Shown here one piece after another: positions 9,887 through 18,544 of a stretch of DNA of 64,000 bases (its first letter is position 1; every line of letters begins with the position of its first letter). The DNA lies in NCBI GenBank assembly GCA_023205875.1, contig CP060758.1, positions 248,001 to 312,000 of the forward strand. Reading direction: 5' to 3'. Both the position numbers and the translations under genes were made by a program. Source of the DNA: Chloropicon primus (lineage: Eukaryota). Under the pieces are notes generated by a model that saw only the letters and a program-made list of their open reading frames with translations, made no database searches and was not told the origin of the DNA.

Positions 9887-11669
9887 TCAGGTCCAGAGTC
9901 TCTCTAGAGCGTTCACAAAGCTTTGGTCGAAGGAAGCCTCCGAGAACCTGGCAATAGAGCTCCTCGCGGCGAGGCACATCTTTTCCCTCTCCTTCTCGCT
10001 GATGCAGAGGGCGTTGACGAGCGCGCTGGCGTACTCGTCCGTGGTGGAGGCGAGGTACCCCGTGGCCTGCAAGCTCCCCTTCTTCTCGTCCCTCAGCGGG
10101 GTGATGATGTCCGCAGCGGGGCCTCCGCTGTTGTTGGCCACGGCGATGACCCCCGAAGCCATGTACTCCACGATGCCGATGCCAAAGTGTTCGTCGACCA
10201 TGGTGTGTATGCCCACCACCGCCTGGGACAGGAGGTCCCTTATCGTGCTGTAGGGCACGTTCAAGAGAAATTCTACGCGGTCATCACCGAGCCCGAGCTC
10301 CTTTGCCCTCGCTTTCAAGTCCTCCACTCTCTGCCTGTCCGCATCGCTCCTGCACCCGCCCACGAGCACCAGTTTGCTTTGGAGAATGACCTTGAGGTTC
10401 TTGGAAGACCCTTCGGCACGCTTCAGAGCGAGGGCGTAAGCCTCCAGCTGCATGCGGTGGTCCTTCTCTGGTCTGAATTGGCCGATGGACAAGATGACGG
10501 GACTCTTCGTGTTTCTCTTCGGGGACTTGAGCGGAATCTTGGTCAAGCTCTCCGTGTTGCAAGGTGGAAAGACTCTCAGGGGTCGTATATACGCCGCCCT
10601 CCTCTGCCACCAGTATTTCCACCAGAAGATGTCCTGCACGTGCCCCCGCGTCCAGCTCGAGTTCGTCATGCAGACCTGGGCAAAGCTCCCGACGCACCCG
10701 TAGATCAGGGCGAAGAGCTTGTAGTAGACCATCTTGGCATAGCTCGAGGCCGTGCCCGTGGAGGCGTTGTTGTACATTCGTTTCCTCTGCTTCACCCTCT
10801 GCAGCATGTTCGTGCTTATCACTGGGTAGTGGACGTAGCAGGCAGTTCGGCACCCGAAGAGCCTCGCCAAGGGCAGAACGAACGGCACCCCGCACGTGTC
10901 TATGTACACCTGGGGCGTCAGCTTGTACAGGGCTTCCCCTCCCACCAGCGTCGATGTCAGGGACTGGAGCAAGAGGGTGAGTCTCGGGTACATGGACGGG
11001 TTCAGCAGGGAGGTAGTCTTGAGCTCCACGACCTCCAGCCTGGAGGGAAGAATCACTCCGAACTTCTCCCTCGCCCTCTCTCTCATGTACCGCGACCAGA
11101 ACGTCTCCTCCTCCTCCTCCTCCTCCCCTTCCACAGAGAACTCCTCGCTTCCATCGGACAACACCTCTCGGTCCTGTGCCACAGCCGGGAGGTCCGTGTA
11201 CAGCACCACCGATGCCTTTGGCCTCGCCGCCATCACCGCTCTCATCGCGCACCACAGCACCTTCACACAAAAACAAGTAAACCATGACGCAGGAAGACAA
11301 GACATCATCTATCAATCATCCATCCATCCATCCACGTGTTCCTCATCCAGAACAGAAGAAAAAAGTAAGGCTCGAGGGAGAGAGAGAGAGAGAAGGAAAG
11401 AGGGAGAGGTCGAGGGAGGACATGTTCGATCTGTTCCCTCCTCCTTCGTGATGTTCGCGACGCTTTCTTACCCTCTCCCCTCCTCCACCATCGTTTGCCA
11501 CGGGGTGAAAGAATCCCACAGTATTCCTCTTCACTCTCGTTGCCCTTGTCAAGTCAAACGCCTTGGCACCAAGAGCAGTCGCCGTCGCCGTCAAAAGCAA
11601 ACCTCCCGTCATCCCCCATAGGCTGTACCCTCCGCCACCCGACGTCGTCGTCGTCGAACCTCCTCTCAT
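9887..11669 (-). CDS. ALG11: Alpha-1,2-mannosyltransferase ALG11 (2 exons; intron 11261-11471)
   Basis: Exon 1 ends GFFHPVANDGGGGER|GTAAG; exon 2 starts AAG|VLWCAMRA; later CYVHYPVIS, NSSWT, GQFRPEKDH, EHFGIGIVEYMASG. Confidence 0.92.
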
Positions 11670-12123
11670 CCTCTCCGCTCTGCCTCGCGCGCTCTTGCCT
11701 CGACAATTGGTCTCGCCGTCGGCCTCGTCTGTCTCGCGTCAGCGGCGGAGAGAGGACTTTGCGAGTTTTGACGGGAGGAACGAAAGAAGCGGAAAGGAAG
11801 AGTGTTGGTTGAAGAGAATCTACATCTCGAGAGCTTTCCAGCGATACCTTGGTTGACCGAATCGACGGTCGGAGTCGACGTGGAGGTTCATTGGAGTGAG
11901 GAAGAGGGAGGGAGAGGTCGACGAAGAAGCTACGTTTCACCGAGGTTTCGTTGGACTGGTTTAGGCGAGTGGAGTGGTCGGTAGAAGTTGAAGCTACGTC
12001 TCACGGTCTTTCCGTGGACACCTCGGTGGAACGATTTGGCGTCCGGAGCGCTGGGCGAGAGGGGATAGAAGGTTGAAGCCATCCAAGCAGCAGGACCCAG
12101 CAGGAGGAGCAAAGGGGTAGAAG

Positions 12124-12814
12124 ATGAGTCGGCGGAAGCACCTGGAGGAGCAGATGATGGAGGTTCCGGAGATGGACGAGAACCACGCCTTTGCTCGAGT
12201 GGTGAAGCTTCACGGGACGAACATAGTGCAAGTGGAAACCCCGAGTACTCGTGGCGAGGCCGAGGGGGACGACAACGACGAAGGCCTTGTCGAGTGTCTG
12301 TGCCTCCTTCCGGCCAAGTTCAGCAAGCGCTTTTGGGTTAAGCGCGGCACCTACGTCGTGATCGAGTTCACCGTGGCCAAGGACCACAGCTCCTCGGGGA
12401 AAATCAAGGGCACGATAACGCATATTCTGTACCCGGACCAGCTGAAGAGGCTCAGGAAAGACGAAAGCGTTGCATGGTGAGTGGTTTGATTGGGCACGAG
12501 AGCACGGCTGGAAGGACCTCGCCTGGAAGTACCTCGCTGCAAGTGTTCTGTGACGGAAAGACTGACCTTCTTCTCCGCCCTCGTCCCTTTCTCCTGTTAC
12601 CAGGCCGGAAGTTTTCACGGAAGAGGAAGCGGGCGAGGCGCAAGGTAGCGCCTTTTGGGGCGGTAGTAGTCGCGGGGAGGAGCCTGTCGACGAGGGAAGC
12701 GACAGCTGCGATAGTGATGGCCTTCCTCCCCTCCCGCGGAATCCAAATCGACCGAAAGGCTACCGTCCCGGTGAGGAAGACTCTGACTCCGACTCCGACT
12801 CCGACTCCGACTGA
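12124..12814 (+). CDS. EIF1AD: eIF1A-domain RNA-binding protein EIF1AD (2 exons; intron 12477-12603)
   Basis: LPAKFSKRFWVKRGTYVVI OB-fold. Splicing TG|GTGAGT...CAG|G restores WPEVF...LPPLPRNPNR...DSDSD*, the typical acidic C-terminus. Confidence 0.85.
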
Positions 12815-13048
12815 GGAGTCCATTTCTCTCGTCCTCCGTGTGTCGGGATGGCGTGCGTGCGTCCAATCCAGCAGGAGGGCGGGAAGGGGGCACACGATCC
12901 CCGTTCCCCTCTATTTAATCCATTCATCCTGTTGATTCCTTTCCAGGCGAACCTCATCTCCGCCGGCACCCTTCACAGTCTCGCCCCCCGGGCCTCTTCA
13001 GCAGCAGCCAGAAAATAATCATCCGAGAGAGAAGCGGCGAAGGAAGCG

Positions 13049-14686
13049 ATGAGTTCAGCACTTCCGTCGCCTCCGAGCACGGGCGGCGCTCCCGTGGCGA
13101 CCTCGGGTGGGACAGCCGAGGGCGAAGACCACAGCCTGTCCTTCCGCGTCATGCGGTTGGCCAGGCCGAGTTTCAAGCCATCCTTTGCAGGGATAAAGTG
13201 CGAGCTTCTGCATCATGGGGATGAAGTGAAGGCCGTCCCTCATCCCTCCTCGGGGGCGGACTGGTCGTCGCAGGTGCAGATGACCCACCCGAGCAAAGCT
13301 TGTGATCTGGACGGGAGCTTGGTCCTTCCTCAGAACTTTGGTAGCATCCAGTTGGGAGAGACTTTCTCGTGTTACATCAGTTTGGGCAACGTGAGCACCA
13401 AGCCGGTGTCAAACATATCGATAAGGGTGGAGCTTCAGACGGAGAGGCAGAGGAGGAACATCTTCGAGAACACGAGCAAACCCTTGGAGACTCTTGCTCC
13501 TGGCCAGAGGTACGACTTTATCATTCAGCACGACGTCAAGGAGCTTGGGACGCACACGCTTGTTTGCAGCTCTGTGTACACGGAGGGTGGAGCAGCCAGG
13601 CAGGAGCAGCAGCCCACGAGCCCAATCGATGGCGGCATCGTGAACGCTGCTCATGGTGACAGGAAGTACCTCCCTCAGTGGTACAAGTTCAAAGTCACTA
13701 ATCCTCTGGTGGTGCGTATGAAGGTTAGAACGGTGAGCAACCAGTTGAAGCAAAGGACGTTCGTGGAGGCCTGCTTGGAGAACGCCACGGGGGACCCTCT
13801 GCTCCTCGACGTCGTGAAGTTCGAGCAGACGCAAGGTTACAAGCTTTTGGATATGAACGCCAATCCCACGAGCTCGTCTGAAAAGACGGTGCTGGAAGAC
13901 CCTGGCGAGGTTGGGGACTACTTGAGTGACCTCGTCCTGTTGAAGCCGCGGGGCGGGAGCTACAACTTTGTCTTCGGGCTGGAACGATGCGTGAATGACT
14001 CGAGGGCGGGCGGGCCCAAGGACGCGGCGTCTGCCCCAGACGCATCGGGAGGCAGTGGCTTGGGGAAGCTTGAGATCAGGTGGAGTAAGCCCATGGGAGA
14101 CAGCGGCAGGCTTCAGACGCAGCAGATTCAAGGGGTGGCGTCTCACAACAAGAAGAGCCTGATCGAAGCGAGGGTGATCCGCTTAGAAAAGCGCTCTTCT
14201 GGATCCGGAGCAGGGGGAGGGGGTATTCACTTGCACTCGTGCTTCAGTATCACGGTCAGGGTGACCAACTTGACGGACAGAACCATGTATGGCGTGTTTG
14301 TGGTCCTCGGGCTGAACGGGGTGATGAGAAACGTCGGGCCCAGTGGCATGTATTTCAAGGAGATTCCGTCCGGGACCTCACCGGCGCCGGAGGAAGGGGG
14401 CGCGCTCGTGGGTTCAAGCAAATGCGTGGAGATCACCTTTGACTTGATTGCCTTGCAAGTCGGCGTCCACAAGCTCGGCACGGTGCTGCTCTACGATGAG
14501 CGGGGGAAGCAAGTCACTGAGACGCCTTGCAGCTTCTCGGTTGAAATTCTTCCGCCGCCTCAAAAGAAGGACAAGGAGCCGGACGCGCAGCACGCGAGGC
14601 ACGATACTTTGGAAATTCCAAGAAGCACGACGCTTGACTCAAACTTGGGCCTCGATTCGCTTCTTGACGTCCCTTCCATCCTGTGA
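13049..14686 (+). CDS. TRAPPC13: Trafficking protein particle complex subunit 13
   Basis: HSLSFRVMRLARP, LPQNFGSIQLGETFSCYIS, HDVKELGTHTLVCS, LGKLEIRW...GRLQT. Confidence 0.92.
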   Translation: MSSALPSPPSTGGAPVATSGGTAEGEDHSLSFRVMRLARPSFKPSFAGIKCELLHHGDEVKAVPHPSSGADWSSQVQMTHPSKACDLDGSLVLPQNFGSIQLGETFSCYISLGNVSTKPVSNISIRVELQTERQRRNIFENTSKPLETLAPGQRYDFIIQHDVKELGTHTLVCSSVYTEGGAARQEQQPTSPIDGGIVNAAHGDRKYLPQWYKFKVTNPLVVRMKVRTVSNQLKQRTFVEACLENATGDPLLLDVVKFEQTQGYKLLDMNANPTSSSEKTVLEDPGEVGDYLSDLVLLKPRGGSYNFVFGLERCVNDSRAGGPKDAASAPDASGGSGLGKLEIRWSKPMGDSGRLQTQQIQGVASHNKKSLIEARVIRLEKRSSGSGAGGGGIHLHSCFSITVRVTNLTDRTMYGVFVVLGLNGVMRNVGPSGMYFKEIPSGTSPAPEEGGALVGSSKCVEITFDLIALQVGVHKLGTVLLYDERGKQVTETPCSFSVEILPPPQKKDKEPDAQHARHDTLEIPRSTTLDSNLGLDSLLDVPSIL

Positions 14687-14765
14687 AAGGTACTTTAATC
14701 CGAGCTAATTCATTCTTTTCATAAAAAAGCAAAAACAGACGACGTTCGTTACGAGCCGCTTGCCT

Positions 14766-15308
14766 CTACGCGCCCGAGACGGACTGCAGTTCGTTCTTCA
14801 CCCTCTTCAGAGAGTCCGTGAGCACGGTCAGCATTCCCCTGCCCGCCTTGAATCGGATCTGCTCGTCTCCACCCTCTCCCGCGACTTTCAGATCGAAGTC
14901 TATCTTCGGCTCCACCGTGGCCTGGTCGACGACCTGCCACGAGACGTCCTTCAGCTTGGGCAGACTTACCATGGTCTGGACGTCTCCCTCTCTCCACCTC
15001 TCGCTATTGTCCACCAGAACCGCACGCATCACTTTCAGCGAGGCAGCCTTGGCATTCACCTCCGACAGCATGCCGTCCAATTCCTCCAGGCTGTACACTG
15101 CAGCTCTCTTCAGTCCCCTCATGACTTTCAGTGCCTCCCTTGAGCTTGCCCCTCCCAGTCCCAAAGCTTCTACCGGTGCGAGGTCTTCCATCGTCTCGGT
15201 CGTGCTCGTCGTCTCCACCAAGTCCAGAGATGTCTTGATCCTCTCCTCTGCCCCCCTCGCCCCCTCACGTCCCACCAAACCCTCCACCGTCTCCATCAGT
15301 GATTCCAT
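14766..15308 (-). CDS. COMM-domain (COMMD family) protein
   Basis: 180 aa; C-terminal LPKLKDVSWQV...PKIDFDLKV...IRF...L..LTDSLKRVKNEL fits the COMM domain pattern. Confidence 0.7.
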   Translation of the reverse strand: MESLMETVEGLVGREGARGAEERIKTSLDLVETTSTTETMEDLAPVEALGLGGASSREALKVMRGLKRAAVYSLEELDGMLSEVNAKAASLKVMRAVLVDNSERWREGDVQTMVSLPKLKDVSWQVVDQATVEPKIDFDLKVAGEGGDEQIRFKAGRGMLTVLTDSLKRVKNELQSVSGA

Positions 15309-15659
15309 ACTTGCACCTTGCCTCGGTAAAACACGTTTCGAAGGAAGCTTGTCACCTCCTCACCTCTCGACCAATGCCTCAAAATCCTCCACAAAGGTAT
15401 CAAACGAAAGATCACGAGATGTAGCTTTGTCCTAAACCTTTTCCTCTCCCTTTCCTTGCGCCCCTCCTCTCCAAATGGTTCCTGTTCTCTCGCCGCTCTC
15501 CAAAGGTCCCTCCCAAAGGTCCCAGCTGCTCCTTGTTATGGTGTTCAGACATCAGATCAAAACACAGCACACAGAAAAGTCACGAAAGGACGGTAGGGAA
15601 ATCACAGTCAATACTGGAAGCACAAAGGCAAGTTCTCCTTTCCACTGAAAGAGAGAAAC

Positions 15660-15836
15660 ACGGAGAGGCCGGCCACAACTTACCTGTTAGTTTTCTGCAA
15701 AGGTCGTTTCACCGAGTTTGTAAGTTTCTCGGCAGGGTAATTCAGCCCTACCACGACCATTCCACCGTACATGAACGAATACTTCCGCCCACGCACGGCA
15801 GCCCGTACTAACAAACGTATGTGCAACCCTGAGGAG
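15660..15836 (-). ncRNA. Predicted Fanzor omega-RNA (scaffold ~15684-15836, guide ~15660-15683)
   Basis: Directly 3' of the nuclease stop. Complementary pairs seen: 15822-15826/15695-15699, 15753-15758/15702-15707, 15746-15752/15731-15737, 15728-15732/15712-15716 (overlaps the previous stem), and pseudoknot-type 15807-15813/15685-15691. Position matches known TnpB/Fanzor loci. Confidence 0.65.
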
Positions 15837-18100
15837 TTACACACTTTTTGGTTGACGCAAGTGCTTCAGGAGGACGTTGCGTGCCCCGTTCACATCCCGA
15901 CCGCACTTGAAGCCACACTTCTGGCACTTGTACACCTCTGCTCCACCCAGGTTCTTCTTGATGTGTCCGCACCTGCCACAGGTCTTGGAGGTGTACTCCT
16001 CCGTCACGATCGCCAGCTCACTGCCGTGCAAGAGCACCTTGGAAGCCAAGAACGTTCTGAACGCATAGTGCCTCAACGTCAAGAGCGTGCGAGCCGTCTT
16101 CTTCCTGATCACTCGGCGTCTCCCGTTGTTGTTCTTCTTCGCCATGTCTTGGGACTTGAACTCCGGGAGGAGGATTGTGTCGAACCTCCTGCATAGATCG
16201 TTGGCTACCTTTTTGTGAAGCTCGTTCGTCAGACCTCGAAGTTTCTCCATGCAGGCGTATTGCTGTCTCTTCAAGTCGCGGCGGTCGAGGTAAGGGAGCT
16301 TCACCTTTGGGTCTTTGCGCTCGGAAATGATCTCATCAATCCTCCAGCAGAGGTTGAACAGCCTCGCGAAGCCTCGCTCGCCCGTGGCATACTCCCCGAC
16401 GCCTTCTTGCGGCGAGTACGACGTCTGAAAGGTCCTGACTCCCGGATCCAGGGCGACAACCTTCCGCTTGTTCTCAGGCTTCAGGGGTGGCAGGCGATCC
16501 CATGGCGTCGCGATGGGAATGTGCATGTGGAACTGCCCAAGGCGATTTCTTGTGATCTTCACGGCACCCTCGATCTTGCCCCCGGGGATCTCCTCCGTCA
16601 AGTACAGGGGCCCGCCGGCCATCTTCTCCTTGAACACCTCCAGCTTGGTCCACTTGCGTCGTTTTTTGTGCTTCGTATCATCCTTGTGCCTCGTGTTTGG
16701 CCTTTCGATCGTCTCCACGTTCTTTAACTCTCTTGCATCAATTTCAATAGTCCAAGAGCTTGGTTGCTGACGTTGACGATACTTGAGAACGAAGCGGTGC
16801 CCCTTCTTCTCGCCGCGCTCCTTCATCGCTTCCTGCTTCGCGGTGTTCGAATCCCATGCCTTGATGAGACTTCGCACGGCAGCTTGTCTGATGGCACAGG
16901 GGGTTTCCTTCAGCCAAGGATGCTTCTGATTCACAAAGGCCCCGCTAACGTAGTCCCGGTCCTTGCCCACTTGGATGCGAAAAGCTCTGCCTCCAATTTG
17001 GCTCTCGAGTCTCTTCTCTCTGGCCGCGAAAAGCTCTGCCTCCTGTTTTGTCCATGGCCGTGGAGAGCATTGGATTTCTTTCAGCTCTTTCTCCAGGCCC
17101 TCAAAGACCTCAGGGCGTCGCGGTTTGGCCGTCACAAATCTGTCCAGCAGGACGGTCCAAACCAGCGGAAAACGCTCCTTCTTGACCGCCTCCAAACACT
17201 TGTTGTATGTGAAACGCGCAGCTCCCATCCAGTTGCAAAGTGTTCTCGCCTGCTCAGGGTTCAAGCGCATCCTAAGCTTCCTCGTCCGTATCACCGTTCG
17301 CTCCGACAATAGCTTGGAGGTCTTCAGTTTCTGCTCCCTCTTCCTTTTGGCGGGCGACTGCAATGTCTCCACGGATACCACAGAATCTTCTGGAAGGTTC
17401 AAGCACGACCTCCATCCCGTCTTCGGACACTTTACCTCTTCAAGTTCTCTCTTCATCGATGAGAACCAGGTCTTCTTCACGCTGTCGTCCGCCAAGCCAC
17501 CCGGCTGCTTCCCTGCTTTCTTCCCCCTCTTGTTCTTCTTCTTCTTACCCTTCTTCTTGTTCTTCTTCTTGCCCTTCTTGCGAGGCTTCTTGCGAGGCTT
17601 GCCTGACGAGCTCGAACTCTCACCCGCAGAGGCGTCCGCCTCCGGCTGCTTCCCCTTCCGCTCCCCCCCCCGCTTCTTGCGAGGCGTGCTCGAACCCTCC
17701 TCGAAAGCAGAGGCGGGGTCGTCCAGCGGCTTCTCCTTCCGCTTCCCCCCCCGCTTCTTGCGAGGCGTGCTCGAACCCTCACCCGCAGAGGCGGGGTCGT
17801 CCGCGATAGGAAGCATGCACTTCTCGTAGAGCCACTTCAACGCCTGATTCCAGAACCGACGTAACGGCTCCGTCGTCGGAGACTCCTGCCCCGACTTCGA
17901 AGCGCCCTGAGCATGACTCTCGCCAGAGTGCGACCTCCTTGTGGAACTCGTCGAGCCACTCCCCTGCTTCTCCTTTTTCTTACGGCGCTTCCCTGATCGC
18001 GCCATGACTGTTAGGGTTTCACTCGGCGTCCTCCTCCCTTCCTCTCGCGAGGCTAGATTTTTTACCAGTGCCTTGCCCAGCAAGTGAGAACACGAGCAAA
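15684..18100 (-). mobile_element. Putative non-autonomous IS607-like/Fanzor element (or domesticated remnant); left end not defined
   Basis: Fanzor ORF plus omega-RNA-like right end finishing ...CTAACAG|G; no transposase, TIR or TSD recognised; left boundary is a guess. Confidence 0.4.
15837..18005 (-). CDS. Fanzor (Fanzor2 / IS607-type TnpB-like RNA-guided endonuclease), 722 aa
   Basis: RTRKLRMRLNPEQARTLCNWMGAARFTYN (OrfB HTH); PWLKETPCAIRQ; RuvC-I VVALDPGVRTF; RuvC-II ILLPEFKSQDM; EEYTSKTCGRCG...YKCQKCG zinc finger; RuvC-III RDVNGARNVL; K/R-rich N-terminus; ATG at 18005 (MARSGKRRKKK). Confidence 0.93.
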   Translation of the reverse strand: MARSGKRRKKKEKQGSGSTSSTRRSHSGESHAQGASKSGQESPTTEPLRRFWNQALKWLYEKCMLPIADDPASAGEGSSTPRKKRGGKRKEKPLDDPASAFEEGSSTPRKKRGGERKGKQPEADASAGESSSSSGKPRKKPRKKGKKKNKKKGKKKKNKRGKKAGKQPGGLADDSVKKTWFSSMKRELEEVKCPKTGWRSCLNLPEDSVVSVETLQSPAKRKREQKLKTSKLLSERTVIRTRKLRMRLNPEQARTLCNWMGAARFTYNKCLEAVKKERFPLVWTVLLDRFVTAKPRRPEVFEGLEKELKEIQCSPRPWTKQEAELFAAREKRLESQIGGRAFRIQVGKDRDYVSGAFVNQKHPWLKETPCAIRQAAVRSLIKAWDSNTAKQEAMKERGEKKGHRFVLKYRQRQQPSSWTIEIDARELKNVETIERPNTRHKDDTKHKKRRKWTKLEVFKEKMAGGPLYLTEEIPGGKIEGAVKITRNRLGQFHMHIPIATPWDRLPPLKPENKRKVVALDPGVRTFQTSYSPQEGVGEYATGERGFARLFNLCWRIDEIISERKDPKVKLPYLDRRDLKRQQYACMEKLRGLTNELHKKVANDLCRRFDTILLPEFKSQDMAKKNNNGRRRVIRKKTARTLLTLRHYAFRTFLASKVLLHGSELAIVTEEYTSKTCGRCGHIKKNLGGAEVYKCQKCGFKCGRDVNGARNVLLKHLRQPKSV

Positions 18101-18544
18101 CATTTTGTGGGTTGTCCTTTGGGTGTGACCAAACTGGTATACACTGGAATCCCACCAACAGGGGAAAACCTCCAACACTCCTGTCGGCTGGCGACGGCCG
18201 AGAGAGAGAGAGAGGGAGAGAGGCGACGACTTTGCGATCAGGGGGGCAAGGAAGGCGAGGAGGCGAGGAGGGGAGAAAAACGAGAGAAAGATCTGCTCGA
18301 GATCTTTTCAACGACACCTTACTCGACCCATTTGGTGCTCGGATTGGTCGAGGAATCGGCTCGGAGGACGGAAAGGGAAGGAGAAACCACCCGAGTGACA
18401 CGCCTTGTCGAGGACGGTGGCGGCGAGGACGGCAAGGGGAGGTTAAAGAGGAGGGTGTTGAAAGAAAGTAGACCTCGCGTGCGGGTTGCTTGCCTGGTTT
18501 CGTGGTCGGAGGTGAAGTTCGCCGTCTGTTGCGAAACGATAACG

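Noticed and set aside
15678..15686. Plus-strand ACTTACCTG resembling the U1 snRNA 5' end
   Set aside because: No U1 stem-loops or Sm site follow; it is simply the complement of a donor-like CAGGTAAGT.
15700..15760. Hammerhead ribozyme in the multi-stem junction
   Set aside because: No CUGANGA core in the required position on either strand.
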